From an uncultured Bacteroidota bacterium (GTDB taxonomy: Bacteria; Bacteroidota; Ignavibacteria; UBA10030; UBA8401), in contig CAWJKX010000223.1 in NCBI GenBank assembly GCA_963843065.1, positions 4,780 through 68,779 of the forward strand: 64,000 bases of DNA, read 5' to 3'. The notes under the pieces are model-generated. The model had not been told where the DNA came from. It worked only from the letters and a program-made list of their open reading frames with translations, and ran no database searches. Below are positions 10,205-20,104 of this stretch, piece by piece. Both the position numbers and the translations under genes were made by a program. Positions within the stretch are counted from its first letter, which is position 1. Every line of letters starts with the position of its first letter.

Positions 10205-11251
10205 ATGCCCGCAACAGTGAAATCAAAAAGTGCAAGTGTTGGATCTGCTCATCGCCCCGACGCCGTGAAGCATCAACTCTCTCATGATGAACTGCTTCAG
10301 CTTTATTATTTCATGCGTTTAACCCGTGAGTTTGAGGAGTCGATTATTACGCTGTACCGCCAGGGAAAAATTATCGGCGGAGCGTTCAGCGGAAACGGCA
10401 ATGAAGCAACGGCAGTCGGCAGTGCGTTTTGTTTGAAGAAGGAAGATTATCTCTTCCCGATGCACCGCGACCTTGGTGCGCACTTCGTGAAAGGTCAGAC
10501 CGTGCGCAACCTGATGCTTCAACATCTTGGGCGTGGAAACAGCCCTGCCCGCGGCCGCGACGGGACCGGACATTATGCAGATTCCTCGCTGAGGATATAT
10601 GGAAATATCAGCCATCTCGCCGCAATGATTCCGGTTGCCACGGGAGTAGCGTTGGCGAGCAAGCTTCGAAAAGAGAAGTCTGTCGTGATGACGTACATCG
10701 GCGACGGAGGGAGCAGCGTCGGCGATTTCCATGAGTCGCTTGCGATGTGTTCCGTGATGAAACTCCCTCTTGTATTGATCGTTGAGAACAACCAGTTCGC
10801 GTACTCGACGCCGATTGCAAAGCAGTTCATCGTTGAGAAAGTGTCCGACCGGGCGATTGGGTACGGAATCCCCGGTTTTACGATTGACGGCACAGACGTC
10901 GATGAAGTCTATGCGGTCAGCAAGGAGGCGGTTGAACGGGCTCGAAGAGGCGATGGGCCAACGCTCATCGAATCTGTTACGATGAGAATGCACGGGCACT
11001 CGGTGAACGACGGAGCAGAATACGTCCCTAAAAAATTACTGGACGAGTGGAAGAAAAAGGACCCGCTTCTGAAGATTGAGAAACAGTTAGTCGACAGGAA
11101 AATCCTTTCACCGGAAATTCGGAATAATTTCGAAAAGAAAATTGCGGCTGAGATCCAGGAAGCGACGCAGCATGCGTTAGAAAGTCCATATCCGCCGTCG
11201 GAAGATGCCGCTGTTGGAGTATTTGCAGAACAATTAAAAATTAAGAATTAA
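10205..11251 (+). CDS. 2-oxoacid (branched-chain/acetoin-type) dehydrogenase E1 alpha subunit
   Basis: 348 aa with TPP motif YIGDGGSSVGDFHESLAMCSVMKLPLVLIVENNQFAYSTP. Confidence 0.9.
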   Translation: MPATVKSKSASVGSAHRPDAVKHQLSHDELLQLYYFMRLTREFEESIITLYRQGKIIGGAFSGNGNEATAVGSAFCLKKEDYLFPMHRDLGAHFVKGQTVRNLMLQHLGRGNSPARGRDGTGHYADSSLRIYGNISHLAAMIPVATGVALASKLRKEKSVVMTYIGDGGSSVGDFHESLAMCSVMKLPLVLIVENNQFAYSTPIAKQFIVEKVSDRAIGYGIPGFTIDGTDVDEVYAVSKEAVERARRGDGPTLIESVTMRMHGHSVNDGAEYVPKKLLDEWKKKDPLLKIEKQLVDRKILSPEIRNNFEKKIAAEIQEATQHALESPYPPSEDAAVGVFAEQLKIKN

Positions 11252-11309
11252 TAATTAAGAAATAGAACTTGTGAAAGCTTAATCTATATTTTAATTCTTA
11301 ATTTTTAAT
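11233..11309. repeat. 19-bp perfect AT-rich inverted repeat spanning the E1-alpha stop codon
   Basis: ATTAAAAATTAAGAATTAA (11233-11251, ending on the stop codon) and TTAATTCTTAATTTTTAAT (11291-11309), with a 39-nt spacer. Confidence 0.85.
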
Positions 11310-11331
11310 TATTAATTCATGATTTATCCAA

Positions 11332-12309
11332 ATGCCTGTAATCTCTTATATTGACGCTATCAGCAAGGGACTGTGGGAAGAGATGGAACGCGATTCGTCG
11401 GTTTTTCTTCTCGGCGAAGACATCGGCGAGTACGGCGGTGCGTTTAAGGTCACTAAAGGATTCCTTAACCATTTCGGGAGCGATCGCGTTGTCGACACGG
11501 TTCTTGCAGAATCTGCAATTCTCGGAGCTGCGACCGGCGCTGCGTTGGTCGGGATGAAGCCCGTTGCGGAGATGCAGTTTGCTGATTTTGTAACATGCGG
11601 CTTTAATCAGCTTGTCAATAATTCCGCCTCCATACATTATCGGTGGAATCTTCCCGTGCCGATGGTCGTCCGTCTTCCGTCCGGTGCAGGCATCCACGGC
11701 GGACCGTTTCATTCGCGCAATCCTGAGGCGTGGTTTTTTCATCAACCGGGATTGAAACTTGTTGCACCGTCAACTCCCTACGATGCAAAGGGGTTGATCA
11801 AAGCGGCAATTCGCGACCCGAATCCGGTGTTGTATTTCGAGCACAAGCGACTGTACCGCCACATCAAAGGTGAAGTGCCGGATGGCGATTATGTTGTCGA
11901 AATAGGGAAGGGAGATATTAAGCGGCCGGGGAATGATATTTCCGTCATCACCTACGGATCTGCAGTTCATCTGGCTCTTGAGGCCGCAGAAATGCTTGAG
12001 AAGCAGAGCGGCATCAGTGTTGAGGTTGTTGACCTGCGAAGTTTGATGCCGCTGGATAAAGATTTGATTCTGTCTTCGGTGAGGAAAACAGGAAAAGTTT
12101 TGATAGCGCACGAAGATACGCTCACGGGCGGAATTGGCGGTGAGATTGCCGCTCTTGTTGCAGAGTTTGCGTTTGAAAGCCTTGACGCTCCTATTAAACG
12201 AGTCGGAGCGATGGATATTCCGACTCCATTCGCACCAACGCTCGAGGAATATTTCTTACCGAATAGAGAGAGAATTCTGACGGCGTTGCAAGAATTAGCG
12301 GCGTTTTAA
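11332..12309 (+). CDS. 2-oxoacid dehydrogenase E1 beta subunit
   Basis: 325 aa (YIDAISKGLWEEMERD...GEDIGEYGGAFKVTKG...EMQFADF), the transketolase-like beta fold. Confidence 0.9.
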   Translation: MPVISYIDAISKGLWEEMERDSSVFLLGEDIGEYGGAFKVTKGFLNHFGSDRVVDTVLAESAILGAATGAALVGMKPVAEMQFADFVTCGFNQLVNNSASIHYRWNLPVPMVVRLPSGAGIHGGPFHSRNPEAWFFHQPGLKLVAPSTPYDAKGLIKAAIRDPNPVLYFEHKRLYRHIKGEVPDGDYVVEIGKGDIKRPGNDISVITYGSAVHLALEAAEMLEKQSGISVEVVDLRSLMPLDKDLILSSVRKTGKVLIAHEDTLTGGIGGEIAALVAEFAFESLDAPIKRVGAMDIPTPFAPTLEEYFLPNRERILTALQELAAF

Positions 12310-12341
12310 AAAGACAAAACGAAAAAAAACACAAAGAACTT

Positions 12342-13590
12342 ATGGCTATTGTCGACGTCATCATGCCCCAGATGGGCGAAAGTATAGCGGAGGGGACAAT
12401 CACAAAGTGGTACAAAAAAGTCGGGGATAAAATTGCCAAGGACGAAACCTTGCTGGAAATCAGCACGGACAAAGTTGATTCTGAGATTCCATCCCCTTCA
12501 GCCGGACTTGTAGCCGAATTACTTTTTCCGGAGCAGAAAACTGTCGACGTCCACACTGTGATCGCAAGAATACAGACAGATGTCCATGCCCCATTAACGT
12601 CTAGTCCTGAACATATTCAATCTAAAACCCAAAACCCAACGCTTGAAATCGGTTCGACCATTGACTCTTCTCTTGAACCAGTAACCATCAGACAAAGCAC
12701 TTCAGCAGCAACGAATAGATTCTTTTCTCCACTCGTCATGAACATTGCCCGTGCTGAGGGCATTTCGCTAAGTGAGTTGGAAAAAATTCCGGGAAGCGGG
12801 GCAAACAATCGTGTTTCAAAAAAGGATGTTCTGGATTACATTGAGCGCAGAAAATCGGGAAGTGCAACAGCCCATGTCAAACCGTCGACTCGCGGGAACT
12901 CCGTCTGGAAGCGTCGAAGTAATAAAGATGGACACGATGCGGAAAGCCATTGCCGAACACATGGTGCGGAGCGTGCACACCTCGGCTCACGTCGGCTCGG
13001 TGGCAGAGGCCGATGTTTCGAAGATTGTCGCATACCGGGAAAAACACAAAGCAGATTTTGAGAAGAGGGAGGGGTTCAAGCTTACGTTCACCCCATTCTT
13101 TGTTGATGCGGCCGTCAAGGCAATAAAAGATTTTCCGTTGATCAATGCATCCGTCGACGGCGATTCGATTATTCTCCGGAAGGACATCAATATTGGAGTT
13201 GCTGTTGCGCTGGAAAATGGCTTAATTGTTCCTGTAGTGAAGCAGGCTGCCGGCAAAGATTTCGCCGGACTTGCCCGTGCGGTAAATGACCTGTCTAATC
13301 GCGCACGGACGAAAAAGCTTGCACCGGATGATGTGCAGGGGGGAACGTTTACGATTACCAACCCGGGCATTTTCGGCAATCTCTTCGGCTTCCCGATAAT
13401 CAACCAACCACAAGTGGCAATACTGGGCGTGGGCGCCATCAAAAAGCGTCCAGTGGTGATTAATGACGCGATTGCCATTCGTTCGATGGTGTATATTTCG
13501 ATGTCGTACGACCACCGGATAATCGACGGAGCGCTCGGTGGAATGTTTTTACAGAGAATAGTCCAGTATTTGGAGAATTATGAATTATGA
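12342..13590 (+). pseudogene. Dihydrolipoamide acyltransferase (E2), one frameshift near 12895
   Basis: Lipoyl domain (MPQMGESIAEGTITKW...LEISTDKVDSEIPSP) and E3-binding domain (SPLVMNIARAEGISLSEL) lie in the frame of ORF 12342. The catalytic domain (...MSYDHRIIDGA...) lies in the frame of ORF 12772. Confidence 0.85.
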
Positions 13591-13594
13591 ATTG

Positions 13595-13735
13595 AAACAT
13601 CTGAAAAATTGGTTTCGCGCTAAGTCGCTAAGTCGCGAAGGATCTGTTTTAGAATCATTTTGCGACTTTGCGTCTGGCGAAGCCATCCCCTTGGATTTGC
13701 GCGAGCCGCACTTTCGGAATTATTCAGAAGGCTCG
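13595..13735 (+). repeat. Intergenic repeat family 1, copy A
   Basis: About 85% identical, by hand alignment, to 43811-43924 (reverse strand), and more distantly to 26801-26910. Contains the 8-nt phased words GCTAAGTC x2 / TTGCGACT,TTGCGTCT forming a long stem. Carries a 29-nt insertion relative to copy B. Confidence 0.8.
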
Positions 13736-13825
13736 AATTAGGAATCAGAAACAACATAGCACGCAACTTCAAAATCCATTTCTGAAAAATTCCTAATTCA
13801 TAATTCAAAATTCCTAATTATTACA

Positions 13826-14696
13826 ATGGAAACAATCATACAGGAAATACACGTCGAACGGCAGCGCAAACCGGAATGGTTGAAGGCACGCGTTCCGGGG
13901 GGAGAGAATTACTCACGGTTGAAGAGCCTGATCGACAAGAGCCGGCTCCATACCGTGTGTGAAGAGGCCCGGTGTCCCAATATGGGAGAATGCTGGAATT
14001 CCGGTACCGCAACGTTCATGATCCTTGGCGATACGTGCACACGAAGCTGCGGCTTTTGCGCCGTGAAGACCGGCCGTCCTGAATTTTTGGATAAAGATGA
14101 GCCGCGGCGTGTCGGCGAAGCGGTCGAGATAATGAAGCTCCGGCATGCGGTCATTACTTCTGTCAACCGCGATGAGCTGTTTGACGGCGGCGCGCAAATC
14201 TTTGCAGAGACTATTCGTGAAATTCGCAGCCGCGTCCCTGGATGCCGCATTGAAGTGCTTATCCCGGATTTTGTAGGAAGCGAACAGGCTTTGAATATTG
14301 TCCTCGATGCTCAGCCGGATATTCTCAATCACAACACAGAGACTGTCCCCCGATTGTATAAAATTGTCCGCCCGCAGGCGCACTACAATCGTTCGCTCGA
14401 ATTGCTCTTCCGCGCAAAGCAGAAAGGGTTTCTCACGAAATCCGGCTTGATGCTCGGACTCGGTGAGACAATCGAAGAAGTGATCGATACAATGAGCGAC
14501 CTCCGGGAAGTAGAATGCGATATTCTTACGCTCGGTCAGTATTTGCAGCCGACACAATCTCATTTGCCCGTTGAACGGTATGTTCGTCCCGAAGAATTTG
14601 CGGAGGCTGAAACAGCGTGGCCTTGAGATGGGATTCCGGTACATCGAGTCGGGTCCGCTCGTGCGCAGTTCATACCACGCTGCCGAACAAGTGTAA
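13826..14696 (+). pseudogene. lipA: Lipoyl synthase, frameshift near 14606 (last ~30 codons in another frame)
   Basis: Radical-SAM and auxiliary cluster motifs [12 protein letters not shown] and [10 protein letters not shown]. After ...RPEEFAE the conserved tail [28 protein letters not shown] is read in the +1 frame and ends at 14696. Confidence 0.9.
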
Positions 14697-14720
14697 TTTT
14701 TTTCATCATAAGGAGAACGA

Positions 14721-15746
14721 ATGGCAACAGCTACACTGAAGAAAGAATCAAAAAGTGTAAAAGCATTTCGCTGGAAAGATTTAGGATTGTCCAATGCAAA
14801 ACTCATCGACCTATACCGCCAAATGCTTCTCATCCGCAGGTTTGAAGAGCGCTCTGCACAAGAATACGGGAAAAGCAAGATCGGCGGTTTTTGCCATTTA
14901 TATATCGGACAAGAAGCCGTTGGCGTAGGCGCGATAGCCGCTTTGCGCGAGGATGATTATATTTTTTCGGCATATCGCGACCATGGCCACGCCATCGCTC
15001 GCGGGATGGAGCCGAAAGTCATCATGGCAGAACTCTTCGGCAAGTTCACCGGCTGCTCGAAGGGCGTCGGCGGTTCGATGCATATGTTCGATGCTTCGAA
15101 AGGGTTTATGGGGGGATATGGTATCGTAGGCGGCCACGTACCGCTTGCTTCCGGCACAGCATTCGCTTCAAAATATCTCGGCAAAGATTCTGTCACCGTC
15201 TGCTTCTTCGGTGAAGCTGCGGCTAATCAAGGAGTGTTTCATGAAACGCTAAACCTTGCGGCATTGTGGAAATTGCCGGTCGTCTTCATCTGCGAGAACA
15301 ATCGTTTCGGGATGGGAACGGCTGTTGAACGATCGACCGCCGTGTGGGATATTTATCAAAAGGCTTCGGCGTACGATATCACCCGCCAATGGGTCGACGG
15401 CATGGATGTGCTGGAGATGTACCGCGTCGTCAAAGAATCCGTCGATCGTGCCCGCAAAACCGGCGCGCCGACAATGCTTGAAGCTCGGACGTACCGATTC
15501 CGCGGCCACTCGATGTCCGACCCGATACACGGCCATTACAGGACAAAAGAGGAAGTCGAAGAACAAAAGAAGAGTGATCCGATCCCGGCTTTCGGACATG
15601 AAATGCTCGAGGCCGGTATTCTCAGTCAGCCGGTCATTGATGAAATGGAATTAGAGATCAAGAAAATTGTCGATGAATCGGTTGAGTTTGCCGAACACAG
15701 CCCCGAGCCGCCGGCTGATTTTTTGTATGAAAACGTCTACTCTTAA
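14721..15746 (+). CDS. pdhA: Pyruvate dehydrogenase E1 alpha subunit
   Basis: 341 aa with GFCHLYIGQEA, KGVGGSMHMF and FFGEAAANQGVFHETLNLAALWKLPVVFICENNRFGMGT. Confidence 0.9.
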   Translation: MATATLKKESKSVKAFRWKDLGLSNAKLIDLYRQMLLIRRFEERSAQEYGKSKIGGFCHLYIGQEAVGVGAIAALREDDYIFSAYRDHGHAIARGMEPKVIMAELFGKFTGCSKGVGGSMHMFDASKGFMGGYGIVGGHVPLASGTAFASKYLGKDSVTVCFFGEAAANQGVFHETLNLAALWKLPVVFICENNRFGMGTAVERSTAVWDIYQKASAYDITRQWVDGMDVLEMYRVVKESVDRARKTGAPTMLEARTYRFRGHSMSDPIHGHYRTKEEVEEQKKSDPIPAFGHEMLEAGILSQPVIDEMELEIKKIVDESVEFAEHSPEPPADFLYENVYS

Positions 15747-15768
15747 TTTTGAAAAGGGAAAATGAAGT

Positions 15769-16746
15769 ATGGCAGTGATTGCATTTCGTGAAGCATTAAA
15801 TCAGGCAATGTGCGAAGAGATGGAGCGGGATCCGAATGTTTTTTTGATGGGTGAAGAAGTCGGGCAGTACCAAGGCGCATACAAAGTCAGCCAGGGCATG
15901 CTTCAAAAATTCGGGGAGAAAAGGGTGATCGACACCCCGATTACCGAAGCCGGGTTTGCCGGGTTAGGAATAGGCGCCGCAATGGTAGGCCTGCGTCCGA
16001 TCGTCGAGATGATGACATGGAATTTTGCCATCCTTGCCTTCGACCAGTTGTTCAATAATGCGGCAAAAATACGATACATGTCCGGCGGGCAATTCAAAGT
16101 GCCGATCGTCATCCGAGGCCCTTCCGGCGCCGCGCATGCCCTCGCTTCGCAGCACTCCCAGTCGCTCGAATCAATGCTCTCGCATGTTCCGGGATTGATC
16201 GTGATCATTCCCTCAACCCCGGCGGACGGGAAAGGGCTGTTGAAGTCGGCGATACGCGACGACAATCCGGTGATGTTCATGGAAAGCGAAATGATGTACG
16301 GGCACAAAGGAGAAGTTCCGGAAGAAGAATACACGATTCCCATCGGGGTCGGCGACATTAAACGAAAAGGAGAGCACGTGACAATCGTCGCATGGTCGAA
16401 GATGCTCCATGTCTCGCTCGCGGCGGCAGACGAATTGATGAAAGAAGGGATCGAAGCCGAGGTGATCGACCCGCGTACAATTCGTCCTCTGGATGAAGAC
16501 CTGATTATTAATTCCGTCAAGAAAACAAACCGGTGCGTCATCGTCGAGGAAGCGTGGCCGTTCGCCTCCGTCGGCGCCGAAATTGCAAGCCGCGTTTATT
16601 CCAAAGCGTTCGACTACCTTGACGCTCCGATTGAAAGGCTGAACGGCGCAGATATTCCGATGCCGTATGCGACCAATCTCGAGAAGCAAGCGCTGCCGAG
16701 TGCTGCGAAGGTCATCGCGGCTGTCAAAAAAGTTCTCTATCGGTAA
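15769..16746 (+). CDS. pdhB: Pyruvate dehydrogenase E1 beta subunit
   Basis: 325 aa with FREALNQAMCEEMERD, GEEVGQYQGAYKVSQG and VEMMTWNF. Confidence 0.9.
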   Translation: MAVIAFREALNQAMCEEMERDPNVFLMGEEVGQYQGAYKVSQGMLQKFGEKRVIDTPITEAGFAGLGIGAAMVGLRPIVEMMTWNFAILAFDQLFNNAAKIRYMSGGQFKVPIVIRGPSGAAHALASQHSQSLESMLSHVPGLIVIIPSTPADGKGLLKSAIRDDNPVMFMESEMMYGHKGEVPEEEYTIPIGVGDIKRKGEHVTIVAWSKMLHVSLAAADELMKEGIEAEVIDPRTIRPLDEDLIINSVKKTNRCVIVEEAWPFASVGAEIASRVYSKAFDYLDAPIERLNGADIPMPYATNLEKQALPSAAKVIAAVKKVLYR

Positions 16747-16785
16747 AAGCTGATGCTACGGAGAAATTGAATGTTCCACTAAGTT

Positions 16786-16860
16786 CACGAAGAACACGAA
16801 GCGAACACATTTATGAAGATTGTTCCATAACCAACTTCGTGCTTTTTCGTGTTCTTCGTG
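16786..16860. repeat. Phased-word palindromic element (CACGAAG / CTTCGTG arms)
   Basis: CACGAAGAACACG (16786-16798) is the perfect reverse complement of CGTGTTCTTCGTG (16848-16860). The heptamer recurs at 9-10 nt spacing in both arms. A second small hairpin lies at 16864-16884. Confidence 0.75.
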
Positions 16861-16921
16861 GATACTAACAGTGCACAGTGTTAGCTAAAAAGTTATTTCA
16901 CAACGGGAAAGCGAAGAACAG

Positions 16922-18152
16922 ATGGCAACAAAAATAGCAATGCCGAAACTCAGCGATACCATGGAAGAAGGAATCATCCTGAAGTGGTTGAAGAAAGAAG
17001 GCGAGCCGGTGAAACAGGGGGAGATTATTGCCGAGGTTCAAACAGACAAAGCCGATATGGAACTTGAAGCATACGACACCGGCGTCTTGCGAAAAATCTT
17101 TGTGCCTGAAGGGAAGGGGGCGGCGGTTGGAAAACCTATCGCGATTATCGGTGACGCGCATCGGAAGACATCTCATCGCTGTTGGTTGATACTACTGCTC
17201 CAAGTTCAGGACATGGTCCGGCGGCGAGCGCCCCCACGGCACCGAAGGGAGTCGAACAAACTCAACAGTCTACAGCATCTTCTCCCACGTGCGGGCGGAG
17301 ATGGCGACGAGCGTGTGAAAGCATCCCCTCTTGCAAAAGCAATTGCTGCTCAGAATAAAATAGATTTGCATTCCATCAGCGGCTCGGGTCCGATGGGGCG
17401 AATCGTAAGAAAAGATCTCGATCTGCCTCTTTCAAAAAGTGCGGGGCACATTGCACGCCCGTATGTCGCCGGCACGTCGCAGGAGATCCCTCTGTCATTG
17501 ATGCGCAAGACGATCGCCAAAAGGCTCGTCGAGAGCAAGACGACGGCCCCCCACTTCTACCTCACCTATGAAGTCGATATGAAGCGTGCCATCGATCTTC
17601 GCGCTTCCTTAAATTCAAGCGGCGACGTAAAGATAAGTTTCAACGACATCATCGTCAGGGCATGCGCATTTGCACTCCGCAATCATCCCAAGGTGAATTC
17701 TTCGTTTGCGGGAGACAAGATCATTCAGCATGGCGCGATCAACGTGGGGGTAGCGGTTGCTATCGACGACGGTCTGATTACACCGGTCATCCGCAATACC
17801 GATATGAAAAGTCTTTTTGAGATTGCAAGCGAATCGAAAGAATTGGCGGCTAAAGCGAGGGATAAGAAACTCAAGCCGGATGAATTCAGCGGAGGGACTT
17901 TCACGGTGAGCAATCTGGGAATGCTCGGCGTCGAGGAATTCGCAGCAATCATCAACCCGCCCGAAGCCGCGATCCTTGGCGGTGGGTGCGATCACTGAAA
18001 AACCGGTGGTCGAAAATGGGCAAATTATTGCCGGGCATAGGCTAAAGCTGACGCTCTCGTGCGACCATCGCGTTGTTGACGGCGCGGTCGGGGCTGAGTT
18101 TATGCAGGAAGTAAAGCTGATTCTGGAAAACCCCTGGAAGCTCGCACTGTAA
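16922..18152 (+). pseudogene. pdhC: Dihydrolipoamide acetyltransferase (E2 of PDH), three frame breaks (~17158, ~17290, ~17982)
   Basis: Contains a lipoyl domain (MPKLSDTMEEGIILKW...VQTDKADMELE), a PSBD (ASPLAKAIAAQNKIDLHSISGSGPMGRIVRKDL) and a catalytic domain. The conserved tail VGAITEKPVVENGQIIAGHRLKLTLSCDHRVVDGAVGAEF...* is read in another frame after ~17982. Confidence 0.85.
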
Positions 18153-18241
18153 TTTCTCTGAAAAAAAATCTTGCTTTTCCACTGGTTTTGGCGTAAATTT
18201 AAAAGCTGTATAATTTTGAACTTTGAAACGTGGAGGTTGCT

Positions 18242-18691
18242 GTGGCTTTCGGAGATAAAAGCACATATTTTTTTAAACAGAGTGAAATCGAACAAAAGTG
18301 GTATCTCGTCGATGCTCAAGGGCAGACTCTTGGGAGAATTGCAACACAGGTGGCAAAAATCCTTCGGGGAAAGCACAAACCGATCTTTACGCCAAATGTG
18401 GATACCGGAGATTTCGTCATTGTCGTGAACGCAGAGAAGATCAAAGTGACGGGGAAGCGAACCGAAATGAAAGAGTACTTCCATTATACCGGTTATCCCG
18501 GCGGTGCTGTGTTTGAGAGCTTCAAGGACGTGATCAAGAACAATCCTGAACGAGTGATTGAACATGCCGTGAAAGGCATGCTTCCGCACAACCGTTTAGG
18601 CAAGCGCATATTTAAGAAATTAAAAGTGTACACCGGCACCGAACATCCGCACGCAGCGCAAAAGCCGGAAACACTCGCGGTCAAGAGTTAA
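18242..18691 (+). CDS. rplM: 50S ribosomal protein L13
   Basis: ...[50 protein letters not shown]... The GTG at 18242 is preceded by GGAGG (18232-18236). An alternative GTG lies at 18230. Confidence 0.9.
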   Translation: MAFGDKSTYFFKQSEIEQKWYLVDAQGQTLGRIATQVAKILRGKHKPIFTPNVDTGDFVIVVNAEKIKVTGKRTEMKEYFHYTGYPGGAVFESFKDVIKNNPERVIEHAVKGMLPHNRLGKRIFKKLKVYTGTEHPHAAQKPETLAVKS

Positions 18692-18725
18692 ATTATCAAC
18701 GCCATTATGACATTGAAGGACTAGA

Positions 18726-19118
18726 ATGCCTCAACACAATATCACTGCAGTCGGACGACGCAAAACTTCAGTAGCTCGGGTAATTCTTAAAGTGGGTACG
18801 GGTGCAATTGTCGTAAACAAGCAGCCGTTCGAAAAGTATTTCCCTCAGGAAATTTACCGTGCTGATATCGTAAAACCGTTCAGCGTTACCGACACTGCGG
18901 GTAAATACGATGTTGCGGTGACCGTTGAGGGGGGCGGAGCTGCAGGTCAAGCCGGCGCAATGAGACTCGGCATTGCACGGGCGCTTCTCGAAGCAAGCGA
19001 TGAGTTCCGTACTTTGTTGCGCGGTCATGCTCTTCTTACACGCGACCCGCGCATGGTTGAGCGAAAAAAATACGGACAGAAGAAAGCCCGGAAAAGATTT
19101 CAATTTTCCAAACGATAA
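18726..19118 (+). CDS. rpsI: 30S ribosomal protein S9
   Basis: 130 aa with [10 protein letters not shown]...[19 protein letters not shown]...[25 protein letters not shown]. Confidence 0.95.
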   Translation: MPQHNITAVGRRKTSVARVILKVGTGAIVVNKQPFEKYFPQEIYRADIVKPFSVTDTAGKYDVAVTVEGGGAAGQAGAMRLGIARALLEASDEFRTLLRGHALLTRDPRMVERKKYGQKKARKRFQFSKR

Positions 19119-19268
19119 CAGAGATCGTGCGGACTGCAGGCTGTTCGCACTCTTCTGTTGCGTATTATCAAGCATACTTTCCGACTTGCACGGAAGTGTC
19201 CTGCTCTGCGGGATCCCGGACGAGGATGACGAAAGTAGAAGACTAAAACTAAACAGAAAAGGAATACA

Positions 19269-20063
19269 ATGCCACGTGTAGAACTCGCCGATCTCCTCGG
19301 TGCCGGTGCCCATTTCGGACACCTTACCCGCCGGTGGAATCCCAAGATGAAGCCATATATTTTTATGGAACGCAACGGGATTCACATCATCGACCTTAAA
19401 AAATCTCAAGAACTGCTCGAAGTAGCGTGCACCGCCATCGCGAATATTTCTGCGGAAGGGAAGAAAATTCTTTTCGTAGGGACGAAGAAACAGGCGAAGG
19501 ACGTTATTCTCGAAGAAGCAAAACGGTGCAACCAGTATTACATCTGCGAACGCTGGCTCGGCGGCGCCCTGACAAATTTTACGACGATCAGGAAGAGCGT
19601 GAAGAGGCTGACGAATATCGAAAAGATGGAATCCGACGGCACGTTCGAGAAGATCACGAAGAAAGAAGGACTTTTTCTTACCAGAGAAAAAGACAAATTG
19701 AGCAAGACGCTGTCCGGTGTTGTCGACATGACACGGTTGCCAGGCGCACTGTTCGTTGTTGACGTCAAAAAAGAATCGATCGCGGTCAAGGAGGCGAGGC
19801 GGCTTGGAATTCCCGTGTTCGCGATCGTCGATACGAATTGCGATCCGGACGAAATCAACTATATCATCCCCGGGAATGACGACGCGTTGAAAACCGTGCA
19901 GGTGATCACCCGCGCATTTGCGGACGCGATCATTGAAGGCTCGGAACGGGCAAAAGCTCGTCAACAGGAAGTACCGGAAGAACATGAAAAGCAGGAAGAG
20001 GCTGAAAGCAAGGAACACGTTGTAAGCAAGGAAGAGACCGCCAAGATTGAAGAAAAAGAGTAA
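19269..20063 (+). CDS. rpsB: 30S ribosomal protein S2
   Basis: 264 aa with [24 protein letters not shown]...WLGGALTNF...[31 protein letters not shown]. Confidence 0.95.
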   Translation: MPRVELADLLGAGAHFGHLTRRWNPKMKPYIFMERNGIHIIDLKKSQELLEVACTAIANISAEGKKILFVGTKKQAKDVILEEAKRCNQYYICERWLGGALTNFTTIRKSVKRLTNIEKMESDGTFEKITKKEGLFLTREKDKLSKTLSGVVDMTRLPGALFVVDVKKESIAVKEARRLGIPVFAIVDTNCDPDEINYIIPGNDDALKTVQVITRAFADAIIEGSERAKARQQEVPEEHEKQEEAESKEHVVSKEETAKIEEKE

Positions 20064-20104
20064 CTCCATTTTTATTATTCATAGAAGAGAAAAGAAAACG
20101 TAGT

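Noticed and set aside
13582-13806. 12-bp AT-rich inverted repeat (GAATTATGAATT / AATTCATAATTC) bracketing repeat copy A, as possible MITE termini
   Set aside because: A 12-bp match within ~250 nt is expected about once per window by chance, and the words are AT-rich low-complexity. It is mentioned under the 11233 finding but not claimed as element termini.
13913-14878. 321-aa minus-strand ORF
   Set aside because: It is antisense to lipA and the start of pdhA, and lipA's radical-SAM motifs are on the plus strand.
17615-18589. 324-aa minus-strand ORF
   Set aside because: It is antisense to the pdhC catalytic domain and rplM. It has no motifs and is a shadow ORF.
18768-20069. 433-aa minus-strand ORF
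   Set aside because: It lies entirely antisense to rpsI and rpsB, which are unmistakable. Its translation is low-complexity (F/L/R-rich) with no recognisable motif. It is a typical shadow ORF.
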